Source: an uncultured Flavobacteriaceae bacterium
Lineage (GTDB): Bacteria; Bacteroidota; Bacteroidia; Flavobacteriales; Flavobacteriaceae
Assembly (NCBI GenBank): GCA_964410335.1
Contig: CAYPGZ010000001.1
Location: forward strand, 24,800-78,126
Length of the DNA stretch: 53,327 nt
Direction: 5' to 3'
Part shown: one piece after another, positions 1 to 7,166 of the stretch
How positions within the stretch are numbered: the stretch's first letter is position 1
How the letters are laid out: each line of letters opens with the position of its first letter
Notes under the pieces: generated by a model
Told to the model about the DNA's origin: nothing
Databases searched by the model: none
The model's input: only the letters and a program-made list of their open reading frames with translations
Program-made: the position numbers and the translations under genes

Positions 1-37
1 CTCAAAATAAAAACTTTCACAATCCATTAGAAAACAG

Positions 38-45
38 TATTTTTG
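38..45 (+). promoter_or_regulatory. candidate Bacteroidota -7 box (TATTTTTG) for bamD
   Basis: Exact match to TAnnTTTG; the G lies 6 nt before the A of the bamD ATG at 51, implying a leaderless or near-leaderless mRNA. Confidence 0.35.
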
Positions 46-50
46 CGCCC

Positions 51-884
51 ATGTTTTTAAGAATCAGATATAGTATTTTCATCCTCTTTGCCGTCGTAAT
101 GCTGTCGGGCTGTAGTACTTTTCAAAAAACCCTGAAAGAAGGTTCGGATAATGAAAAGTATGAACTGGCCGTAAAACTTTACGAAGAGGGAATGAAAAAG
201 GAGAAAAACAGTATGCTCAAGAAGAGTTTGCGGCTGCAAGAACAAATTATCAACAAATACCGTGGTCGCCCTCAAGGGCAAAAACTGTCTTTTTTATATG
301 CCGATACCTATTATAAACTCAAGGATTATTATATATCCGGATATCAATTTGAGCGTTTTGTGAGTGCTTATCCACAAAGCGACAAAAGGCAGGAGGCCAT
401 GTTTAAAAGTGCAAAAAGTTTTTACAACATCTCCCCGCGATACACCGTAGATCAGAAAGATACCTATCAAGCACTGGATAAATTTCAACAATATCTGAAT
501 CAATACCCGGAAGGGGAATTCTCAGAAAAATCCAATGAATATGCAGCTGAAATGCAGCATAAACTGGAGAAAAAAGCCTACGAAATTGCTAAGCAGTACC
601 ATCACACCTTATATTACAAATCTGCAATCGAGGCAATGGACAATTTTATTTTGGACTTTCCCGGTTCGGAATTTCGGGAAAAAGCCTACTATTATAAATT
701 TGAATCGGCTTATTTATTGGCCATCAACAGTTACCGTCATTTGATGGCAGATCGTTTGAAGGAAGCCAAAGATTTATATGAAGATTATATCCGGGAATAT
801 CCAAACGGGGAATTCCAAAAAGAAGCCAATGAACATCTGAAAGATATCGAATCACGTTTAAGGAATTTAGAATCAACAACATGA
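51..884 (+). CDS. bamD: outer membrane protein assembly factor BamD (TPR lipoprotein)
   Basis: 277-aa ORF; lipoprotein signal peptide ending MLSGC; helical TPR-like repeats rich in Y/K/E; first gene of the bamD-rpoZ-coaBC-DUF4835 string typical of Flavobacteriia; stop overlaps the next start (ATGA). Confidence 0.8.
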   Translation: MFLRIRYSIFILFAVVMLSGCSTFQKTLKEGSDNEKYELAVKLYEEGMKKEKNSMLKKSLRLQEQIINKYRGRPQGQKLSFLYADTYYKLKDYYISGYQFERFVSAYPQSDKRQEAMFKSAKSFYNISPRYTVDQKDTYQALDKFQQYLNQYPEGEFSEKSNEYAAEMQHKLEKKAYEIAKQYHHTLYYKSAIEAMDNFILDFPGSEFREKAYYYKFESAYLLAINSYRHLMADRLKEAKDLYEDYIREYPNGEFQKEANEHLKDIESRLRNLESTT

Positions 885-1219
885 ATATGGATTTGAAGAA
901 CAGTAAAGCAGCAATCACCACAACTACCCTCAACAAGGACGAAATTGATGCAAAGACGGGTAATATCTATGAGGCAATTTCTATTATCTCGAAACGCGCC
1001 ACCCAGATCAATTCTGAAATAAAAAAAGAATTGTTGGAAAAGTTGGATGAATTTGCCACCTACACCGACAGTTTGGATGAAGTTTTTGAGAATAAGGAAC
1101 AAATCGAGGTGTCCAAGTTTTACGAGCGTCTTCCAAAACCCCATGCACTGGCGGTTCAGGAGTGGCTTGAAGATAAAATTTACTATCGCAACACTCGCGA
1201 AACAGAAGCAGACGCTTAA
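881..1219 (+). CDS. rpoZ: DNA-directed RNA polymerase subunit omega (Bacteroidota type)
   Basis: 112-aa ORF with NIYEAISIISKRATQINSEIKKELLEKL core and EQIEVSKFYERLPKPHALAVQEWL tail as remembered for flavobacterial omega; ATGA overlap with bamD. Start could be the third codon (887). Confidence 0.7.
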   Translation: MNMDLKNSKAAITTTTLNKDEIDAKTGNIYEAISIISKRATQINSEIKKELLEKLDEFATYTDSLDEVFENKEQIEVSKFYERLPKPHALAVQEWLEDKIYYRNTRETEADA

Positions 1220-1234
1220 AATAATTTCACCATC

Positions 1235-2446
1235 ATGACGGTTCTTGGCGGCAAAAATATCCTCTTGGGCATAACGGCCGGCATAGCCGCATACAAAACC
1301 ACTTTTTTGGTTAGGCTTTTTATCAAAGCCGGTGCCCGGGTGAAAGTGGTAATGACACCTGCCGCCATTGATTTTGTAACTCCACTCAGCCTTTCTACAC
1401 TATCCAATAACGAGGTGCTCACTTCTTTCACCAAGGAAGAAGACGAAACCCGATGGAACAATCATGTGGAACTGGGCTTGTGGGCAGATTTGATGATAAT
1501 CGCTCCGGCAACGGCCAATACCCTCTCCAAAATGGCCACCGGCAATGCCGATAACTTTTTGTTGGCTACTTATCTTTCCGCAAAATGCCCGGTTTATTTT
1601 GCTCCGGCTATGGATTTGGATATGTATAAACATCCCTCCACAAAAGCTTCCATAGAAAAGTTGGAATCCTACGGCAATAAAATGATTCCGGCAGGAGTAG
1701 GAGAACTGGCAAGCGGATTGATTGGAGAGGGAAGAATGGCTGAGCCTGACGAAATTGTGGCTTTTATCGAAAAAGATATTCTTTCAAAACTTCCTCTGAA
1801 AGGAAAAAAAATGCTCATAACCGCCGGCCCTACATACGAAGCCATCGACCCTGTCCGTTTTATAGGAAACCATTCCACGGGAAAAATGGGATATGCCCTT
1901 GCTGAAAGAGGTGCAGAAATGGGCGCCCAAGTAATTTTGGTGAGTGGCCCGAGCAACTTGAAGGCACAACATTCCTCAATTGAAACCATCCGGGTGACCA
2001 GCACGGAAGAAATGTATGAAGCTGCGATTTCCTATTTTGATGGAGTGGATATTGCAATTGCCGCCGCGGCAGTAGCCGATTGGAAACCTGTGAATAAAGC
2101 AGAACAAAAACTCAAAAAAGAGGGTGAAGACACCATGTCGATTGTTCTGGAACGTACCAAAGACATTCTTTCTGAAATGGGAAAGCGAAAGAAAAACCAG
2201 ATTTTAGTGGGTTTTGCCTTAGAAACCGAAAACGAGGAAGAGAATGCCCAAGGGAAACTGGAACGAAAAAATCTCGATTTTATCGTGCTGAATTCACTGA
2301 ATGATAAAGGAGCAGGCTTTGGGGCAGATACGAATAAAGTCAAGATTATCAGCAAGTCCGATATTTTGGAATTTGAGTTGAAATCCAAAAAAGAAGTGGC
2401 AACTGATATTTTGAAGCAGGTTATAGAGCGGTTTAATAAAGCATAA
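1235..2446 (+). CDS. coaBC: bifunctional phosphopantothenoylcysteine decarboxylase / phosphopantothenate-cysteine ligase
   Basis: 403 aa; N-terminal flavoprotein motif [10 protein letters not shown]; C-terminal ligase motif [25 protein letters not shown]. Confidence 0.92.
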   Translation: MTVLGGKNILLGITAGIAAYKTTFLVRLFIKAGARVKVVMTPAAIDFVTPLSLSTLSNNEVLTSFTKEEDETRWNNHVELGLWADLMIIAPATANTLSKMATGNADNFLLATYLSAKCPVYFAPAMDLDMYKHPSTKASIEKLESYGNKMIPAGVGELASGLIGEGRMAEPDEIVAFIEKDILSKLPLKGKKMLITAGPTYEAIDPVRFIGNHSTGKMGYALAERGAEMGAQVILVSGPSNLKAQHSSIETIRVTSTEEMYEAAISYFDGVDIAIAAAAVADWKPVNKAEQKLKKEGEDTMSIVLERTKDILSEMGKRKKNQILVGFALETENEEENAQGKLERKNLDFIVLNSLNDKGAGFGADTNKVKIISKSDILEFELKSKKEVATDILKQVIERFNKA

Positions 2447-2448
2447 AA

Positions 2449-3336
2449 ATGAAAAAATATATCCTGATTTTTGTGTTAATATTTCTGGGAAACCGGGTTT
2501 TTCCTCAAGCTTTGAACTGTACTGTTCAAGTTAATGCGCAACAAACCGGACAGCCCACTCTTTCCATTTTTCAAACTCTTGAAAATTCTTTGAATGAGTT
2601 TATCAATGAAACAAACTGGACCAAACAAAATTTTGATGATCATGAAAAAATAAGATGTGATGTGGTTATCAACTTAACGAGTTACGACGCAGGATCTTTC
2701 ACCGGTACTTTGCAGATTCAATCCTCTCGGCCGATTTATGGATCCACAATGACCACGCCTGTTTTTACCTTTAAGGATAATGATTTTTCCTTTAAATATG
2801 TGGAATTTCAAAACCTGAACTATAGTCCCAACAGTTTTGATTCCAACCTTGTTTCCGTAGTGGCTTATTATGTGTATATTATTTTGGGAATGGATGCCGA
2901 TACCTTTTCGCCCCTCGGCGGATTGAGTTATTTCCAGGAAGCCAATCAAATCGTGGGAACTGCTCAACAAAGCGGTTACAAAGGCTGGCAACCCGGCGAT
3001 GATAAGTCCCGATATCGTTTTAGTGCCGATATTATCTCTGCGGACTTTGAACCTTTCCGGAGGGCGATGTATTCCTATCACCGCGAAGGTCTCGACATGA
3101 TGAGCGAAGATTTGGAAGCCGGAAAAATGAAAATTTCGGAAGCGATTGCCCTCATGTCACAGCTTAGCAATATCAATAAAAACTCTTCTGTGGTGCGAGC
3201 TTTTTTTGATGCCAAACATACTGAACTCGAGAAGATTTTTAGTGGAGGACCTTCCGTGGATATTACTACCGTAGTAAATAACCTGAATGATCTTGCTCCT
3301 CAATACTCCAAAAATTGGGGAAAAATCAGGTATTGA
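2449..3336 (+). CDS. DUF4835-family secreted protein
   Basis: 295 aa with signal peptide; begins LNCTVQVNAQQTGQ as in the conserved flavobacterial protein that follows coaBC; starts 2 nt after the coaBC stop. Family name is from memory. Confidence 0.6.
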   Translation: MKKYILIFVLIFLGNRVFPQALNCTVQVNAQQTGQPTLSIFQTLENSLNEFINETNWTKQNFDDHEKIRCDVVINLTSYDAGSFTGTLQIQSSRPIYGSTMTTPVFTFKDNDFSFKYVEFQNLNYSPNSFDSNLVSVVAYYVYIILGMDADTFSPLGGLSYFQEANQIVGTAQQSGYKGWQPGDDKSRYRFSADIISADFEPFRRAMYSYHREGLDMMSEDLEAGKMKISEAIALMSQLSNINKNSSVVRAFFDAKHTELEKIFSGGPSVDITTVVNNLNDLAPQYSKNWGKIRY

Positions 3337-3441
3337 TTTTTTAAACCGATTATCGCCTTAAAACCCTTTTTGATTCATGTTTCTTTTTATTTCCTTGCGA
3401 AAATCCAGAAGAGGCTTAATTTTACGTAAAATTTCCCGGTT

Positions 3442-4698
3442 TTGAAAAAGCTCTATTCTTTTTTCATTGGGCTGACCGAAAAATTTCTGCCGGTTATTTC
3501 AATTTTCAGTCCAAAATTGAAACTTTTTGTTCAAGGACGGAAAGGGGTGTTCTCCGAACTTGAGAAAAGACTTTCAGCCTCCGATAAAATTATTTGGTTT
3601 CACGCTGCTTCCCTGGGAGAATATGAACAAGGCGTACCGGTTATGGAAGCCGTAAAAAAGGATTTTCCCGACCATAAAATACTACTTACCTTTTTTTCCC
3701 CTTCGGGATATGAAGTGAAAAAGAATACTTCCCTTGCCGATTGGACGTTTTATTTGCCGTTGGACACAATTCAAAATGCACGACACTTCATTCAACTCGT
3801 GCGACCACTTTTGGCGGTTTTTATTAAATATGAAATTTGGCCAAATTATCTCAGTGAACTGGAAAAGCAACAAATCAAAACTATACTGATATCAGGATTA
3901 TTTCGAGAAAATCAGGTTTATTTTAAACCTTATGGAGGTTTTCTGAAAACGGCTCTAAAGTCTTTTGACCATATTTTTGTACAGGATAAAACTTCTTATA
4001 ATTTGCTGAAAAATATAGGCATTCAGGAAGTTAGCATCAGCGGTGATACCCGTTTTGATCGGGTTTCACTCCAACTCGAAAAAGATAATCACCTCGATTT
4101 TATTGTAGATTTCAAGAAACTATCTGATGAAGAAAAAAACGGATTGTTGATGGTTTGTGGAAGTACCTGGCCGGAAGACGAAGAAGTAATCATTGAATAT
4201 GTGAATGATTCCCCGGCAGGGATAAAATTTATTTTTGCACCCCACAATATCAAACCTCGTCAAATCCAGTTGCTAAAAAAAAACCTTCACAAAAAAACAC
4301 TGTTGTATTCTGAGCGAGAAGGGAAAAAATTAAACGAATATCAGGTATTGATTATCGATAATATCGGTTTGCTTTCTAAGATATACAGCTATGCTGATAT
4401 AGCTTATGTGGGTGGGGGAATGGGAAAAACCGGACTTCACAATATTTTGGAACCCGCCACATTTGGAGTTCCAATTTTGATAGGCCCATATTTCAAAAAT
4501 TTTCCGGAAGCCGAAAAACTCCGAGAATTAGGTGGGCTATTTTCAGTGAGAAATCAAGCAGAATTTTCACAAATAATGACGCGTCTTATATCTCAAGCTT
4601 CCATAAGAGAAAAAACCGGAATGATCTGCAGTCACTTCGTGCAGCGCAACAAAGGCGCAACTCAAGCCATACGTACATTTATCAGGAAGTTGATATAG
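3442..4698 (+). CDS. waaA: 3-deoxy-D-manno-octulosonic acid (Kdo) transferase
   Basis: 418 aa; WFHAASLGEYEQGVPVMEAV and FSPSGYE motifs; C-terminal GGMGKTGLHNILEPATFGVP glycosyltransferase region; TTG start in the ORF track. Confidence 0.88.
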   Translation: MKKLYSFFIGLTEKFLPVISIFSPKLKLFVQGRKGVFSELEKRLSASDKIIWFHAASLGEYEQGVPVMEAVKKDFPDHKILLTFFSPSGYEVKKNTSLADWTFYLPLDTIQNARHFIQLVRPLLAVFIKYEIWPNYLSELEKQQIKTILISGLFRENQVYFKPYGGFLKTALKSFDHIFVQDKTSYNLLKNIGIQEVSISGDTRFDRVSLQLEKDNHLDFIVDFKKLSDEEKNGLLMVCGSTWPEDEEVIIEYVNDSPAGIKFIFAPHNIKPRQIQLLKKNLHKKTLLYSEREGKKLNEYQVLIIDNIGLLSKIYSYADIAYVGGGMGKTGLHNILEPATFGVPILIGPYFKNFPEAEKLRELGGLFSVRNQAEFSQIMTRLISQASIREKTGMICSHFVQRNKGATQAIRTFIRKLI

Positions 4699-4806
4699 TT
4701 TTGTTAAAAGAGATGTATAAATTTAATAAAACTTTACAATAAATTATTATTTGGCAATCGCTAAAACTTCTACTTTAGCCTTTTGATAACCATAAAAAAC
4801 CTAAAG

Positions 4807-5043
4807 ATGAAAAAATCATTGATAGTGCTGTCGCTTTTTTCGGTGACTGTATTTTTCACTTCCTGCCGAGAAACCAAGGACGAACCCAATACGGTCGTAG
4901 AAAAAGAAGTCATTATTAAGGAAGAAACCCAACCGGTAGTTGAAGAAGATAAAGGAATCTTAGAACGTGCCGGAGAAGAAATTGACAAGGAAGTCAATAA
5001 AGAAATCAACGAAGAAATCGATAAAATCGGGGATGATAATTAA
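4807..5043 (+). CDS. tiny acidic lipoprotein, paralog 1 (hypothetical)
   Basis: ATG at 4807 gives 78 aa: MKKSLIVLSLFSVTVFFTSC|RE lipobox, then a D/E/K/I-rich tail (EEIDKEVNKEINEEIDKIGDDN). The longer track ORF from 4783 lacks a signal-peptide context. Confidence 0.6.
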   Translation: MKKSLIVLSLFSVTVFFTSCRETKDEPNTVVEKEVIIKEETQPVVEEDKGILERAGEEIDKEVNKEINEEIDKIGDDN

Positions 5044-5132
5044 CTTGTTTATCAAATAAATAATAAAAATCGCTACTGAGGGAATAAGAAAAATCTTTGT
5101 TTCCCCGTGGCATAAACCAAAAATCAAGAAAA

Positions 5133-5414
5133 ATGAAAAAATTAGTGCTTATAGTTACCGCTTTATTTTTAGTTTCCACCGCTTTGGTCTCTTGCAGGGA
5201 TCAAAATAACACCAATGATGTGGAAAACGAATTAAGAGATGAAAGAAATGATATCGAAGAAGCCGCCGATGATGTGGGCGATGCAATAGACAATGCCGCA
5301 GAAGACACCGGCGATGCCATTGAAAATGCTGCCGAAGATACCGGCGATGCAATTGAAGAAGGATGGGATGAAGCCAAAGAAAATACCGGTATAGGAGGCC
5401 ATGACGATATGTGA
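5133..5414 (+). CDS. tiny acidic lipoprotein, paralog 2, with 11-residue tandem repeats (hypothetical)
   Basis: ATG at 5133 gives 93 aa: MKKLVLIVTALFLVSTALVSC|RD lipobox; mature part is GDAIDNAAEDT / GDAIENAAEDT / GDAIEEGWDEA repeats; followed by a hairpin terminator. Confidence 0.65.
   Translation: MKKLVLIVTALFLVSTALVSCRDQNNTNDVENELRDERNDIEEAADDVGDAIDNAAEDTGDAIENAAEDTGDAIEEGWDEAKENTGIGGHDDM
5277..5364 (+). repeat. in-frame 33-nt tandem repeat (about 2.7 copies)
   Basis: Units start at 5277, 5310 and 5343 (ggcgatgc[a/c]at[a/t]ga...), exactly 33 nt apart, each encoding an 11-aa unit. Confidence 0.85.
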
Positions 5415-5473
5415 TTTTGATTGGATATCAATCAAATCATTTAAAAGTAAATCATCAAGTTACCCCCGAAAAG

Positions 5474-5499
5474 AGCTACTCACATGAGTGGCTTTTTTT
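5474..5499 (+). terminator. rho-independent terminator after lipoprotein paralog 2
   Basis: agctactc-acat-gagtggct stem (8 bp, one G-U) followed by T7; the hairpin overlaps the stop codon of the convergent XRE-S24 gene. Confidence 0.6.
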
Positions 5500-6265
5500 C
5501 TTTTTGAAGACTTTTTAGCTCTTGTTTCAACTCTTGCATGGATTGCTGAAGTTGTTTTAAAATTCCGTTTTCAGAAAAGGAATCCAGCATAAAAGTGAGT
5601 TTGCTGTTTACTTGCCAGATTTCACGTATTTGGCTGATATTTAAATGAAAAGGTTCATAATCTTCATTAAAGGAAATTAACATAAGCTGATCTTTTCCCG
5701 GAATTTTTCTAACTTTTTTTATGAGCACTGAATCCGAGGTAACCACCACACAAACCTTATTGTCATTGATTTCTTCGATGCCGGAAACGGCTTTGCCCAG
5801 CACCCAATCTCCCGGCTGAAAATTCGGCAACATGCTGTCCCCTTCGATTTGAAAACCGCGATAAGTGGCATTGCGGTATTGCGGTAAGGGAATTTCAAAA
5901 GCAGGCAATTGTCGATGCCATTCCACATCGCCGATGTTTTGAGGATATCCCGCTGCTGCTTTTTGGCTGACCAACACCATATTTTCATGCCCCTCGGAAT
6001 TAACGGTTACAATTTTAGGAAGTACATCCGACACAGGCGTTTTGAGGAACTTCTCTTCACTTTCACCAAATACCCATAAAGGATTGATATTAAACTTTTT
6101 AAATAGTTCAGCGACAACTTTTCCGGAGAGTTTTGTCTTTCCGCGTTCTATATCTGCGGTGGAGTTCTTTATACCCAAAATTGTGGCAAACTCAGTTTGG
6201 GTATATCGGTTTTCTTCACGAATTTCCTTAAACCGATTAATTTCGATGGATTGATTTTTTGTCAT
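5480..6265 (-). CDS. XRE/CI-type HTH + S24 peptidase self-cleaving repressor (candidate non-canonical LexA)
   Basis: 261 aa; HTH YTQTEFATILGIKNSTADIERGKTKLS; Ala-Gly site in VSQKAAAGYPQ; S24 Ser in GDSMLPNFQPGDWV and Lys in VLIKKVRK; extra C-terminal coiled-coil-like tail LQQSMQELKQELKSLQKEKK. Confidence 0.8.
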   Translation of the reverse strand: MTKNQSIEINRFKEIREENRYTQTEFATILGIKNSTADIERGKTKLSGKVVAELFKKFNINPLWVFGESEEKFLKTPVSDVLPKIVTVNSEGHENMVLVSQKAAAGYPQNIGDVEWHRQLPAFEIPLPQYRNATYRGFQIEGDSMLPNFQPGDWVLGKAVSGIEEINDNKVCVVVTSDSVLIKKVRKIPGKDQLMLISFNEDYEPFHLNISQIREIWQVNSKLTFMLDSFSENGILKQLQQSMQELKQELKSLQKEKKPLM

Positions 6266-6269
6266 GCCT

Positions 6270-6277
6270 CAAATTTA
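6270..6277 (-). promoter_or_regulatory. candidate -7 box (TAAATTTG) for the XRE-S24 gene
   Basis: Plus strand reads caaattta, which is TAnnTTTG on the minus strand; the G is 5 nt before the A of the ATG (6265), suggesting a leaderless transcript. Confidence 0.35.
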
Positions 6278-6308
6278 TATCTTTTTAGGAATAAATCCAA
6301 ATGTTAAT

Positions 6309-6321
6309 CGGAATGATTCCG
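6309..6321. promoter_or_regulatory. perfect 13-bp palindrome CGGAATgATTCCG (candidate operator)
   Basis: Lies in the 152-bp divergent region between the XRE-S24 gene and lipoprotein paralog 3; extra GGAAT (6288-6292) and ATTCC (6330-6334) half-sites flank it. Confidence 0.5.
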
Positions 6322-6417
6322 AAAAAACGATTCCTGTTGATAAAAATTTATCCTTTACAAATTTTTAAAAAACCAAAATGCATAATTTTACCATTCACAA
6401 CCATAAACACTTGTATT

Positions 6418-6663
6418 ATGAAAAAAATGATTGTAAGCCTGATGGCTTTAAGTTTTTTAGTTGCTGTTTCCTCCTGTCGGGAAACCACCGGAGAGAAGGT
6501 GGAAGAAGCAGCTGAAGCTGTTGGGGAAGACATTGAAAATGCTGCGGAGGCTACGGCCGAAACCGTGGAAGAAGGAATCGAAGAAATCGACCGGGAAATC
6601 GATGAGGCTCGCGCGGATGATATGGTGGAAGATCAAGGAGATCACGAGGGGCACGGCCACTAA
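6418..6663 (+). CDS. tiny acidic lipoprotein, paralog 3, His-rich C-terminus (hypothetical)
   Basis: ATG at 6418 gives 81 aa: MKKMIVSLMALSFLVAVSSC|RE lipobox; mature part EEAAEAVGEDIENAAEATAETVEEGIEEIDREIDEA...GDHEGHGH; followed by a strong terminator. Confidence 0.65.
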   Translation: MKKMIVSLMALSFLVAVSSCRETTGEKVEEAAEAVGEDIENAAEATAETVEEGIEEIDREIDEARADDMVEDQGDHEGHGH

Positions 6664-6685
6664 AAAAATTAAGAAAAAGAAAAAA

Positions 6686-6712
6686 GACCGTAGGAAACCA
6701 CGGTCTTTTTTT
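6686..6712. terminator. bidirectional rho-independent terminator
   Basis: gaccgt-aggaaacc-acggtc hairpin flanked by an A-run upstream and a T-run downstream; sits between the converging lipoprotein gene (+) and tRNA-Leu (-). Confidence 0.7.
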
Positions 6713-6713
6713 G

Positions 6714-6799
6714 TGCCCGGGACGGGAATCGAACCCGTACGGCCGTTTATGGCCACAGGATTTTAAGTCCTGCGTGTCTACCAATTCCACCACCCGGGC
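6714..6799 (-). tRNA. tRNA-Leu (anticodon UAA)
   Basis: Minus strand starts GCCCGGGTGGTGGAATTGG; acceptor GCCCGGG/CCCGGGC; anticodon arm cagga-CTTAAAA-tcctg gives TAA; long variable arm; T-loop GGTTCGATTCC; no encoded CCA. Confidence 0.9.
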
Positions 6800-6831
6800 T
6801 GTTTTTTTGAATCAACAGCCAAATCTTTTAG

Positions 6832-6839
6832 CAAAAATA
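6832..6839 (-). promoter_or_regulatory. candidate -7 box (TATTTTTG) for tRNA-Leu
   Basis: caaaaata on the plus strand, about 32 nt upstream of the tRNA-Leu 5' end; overlaps the U-tail of the preceding terminator. Confidence 0.3.
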
Positions 6840-6869
6840 ACAAAAACCGCAAGCTACTGCCGCGGTTTT
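6833..6869 (-). terminator. rho-independent terminator after the tRNA-Gly pair
   Basis: 8-bp stem aaaaccgc / gcggtttt (6843-6850 / 6862-6869) with a U-rich tail on the minus strand; separates the Gly tRNAs from tRNA-Leu. Confidence 0.5.
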
Positions 6870-6895
6870 CCAATTCATTTCAATCATTAAGCCGG

Positions 6896-6968
6896 AGCGA
6901 AAAACGGGATTCGAACCCGCGACCCCCACCTTGGGAAGGTGGTGCTCTACCACCTGAGCTATTTTCGC
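6896..6968 (-). tRNA. tRNA-Gly (anticodon CCC)
   Basis: Minus strand starts GCGAAAATAGCTCAGGTGG; anticodon arm ccacc-TTCCCAA-ggtgg gives CCC; T-arm GCGGGTTCGAATCCCGT; 73 nt, no CCA. Confidence 0.9.
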
Positions 6969-7006
6969 ACTTAGGGAAAATAGCCGCTCTTAAGCTCTCC
7001 TCTCTG

Positions 7007-7079
7007 AGCGAAAAACGGGATTCGAACCCGCGACCTCCACCTTGGCAAGGTGGCGCTCTACCAACTGAGCTATTTTCGC
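7007..7079 (-). tRNA. tRNA-Gly (anticodon GCC)
   Basis: Same scaffold as the CCC copy (4 differences in 73 nt by my alignment); anticodon loop TTGCCAA gives GCC. Confidence 0.9.
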
Positions 7080-7093
7080 GAAAAATACGAGTG

Positions 7094-7101
7094 CAAATTT
7101 A
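7094..7101 (-). promoter_or_regulatory. candidate -7 box (TAAATTTG) for the tRNA-Gly operon
   Basis: caaattta on the plus strand, ending 14 nt upstream of the tRNA-Gly(GCC) 5' end. Confidence 0.4.
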
Positions 7102-7166
7102 AACTTTTTTCTGATTTCCGACAAAGCTTTCTGTAGGAAAAATAAGGTAATGGAATAGCACAAAAC

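Noticed and set aside
5277-5364. Tandem 33-nt repeats considered as a mini CRISPR array or VNTR
   Set aside because: The repeats are contiguous with no spacers, in frame inside a lipoprotein ORF, and no cas genes are present. They are kept as a coding tandem repeat.
6457-6793. Three ORFs of 80-101 aa (6461-6766 +, 6457-6756 -, 6551-6793 -) in the lipoprotein/tRNA junction
   Set aside because: They run through the terminator hairpin and the tRNA-Leu gene or lie antisense to lipoprotein paralog 3. Their K/R/P-rich composition is what a low-complexity GAA/AAG-rich region gives in the wrong frame.
4700-7100. tRNA-adjacent genomic island or prophage remnant (CI-like repressor next to three tRNAs)
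   Set aside because: There is no integrase, excisionase, phage structural or replication gene. I saw no duplicated tRNA 3' fragment (att-like direct repeat). Flanking genes (waaA, mutS) are core. A remnant cannot be excluded without comparative genomics.
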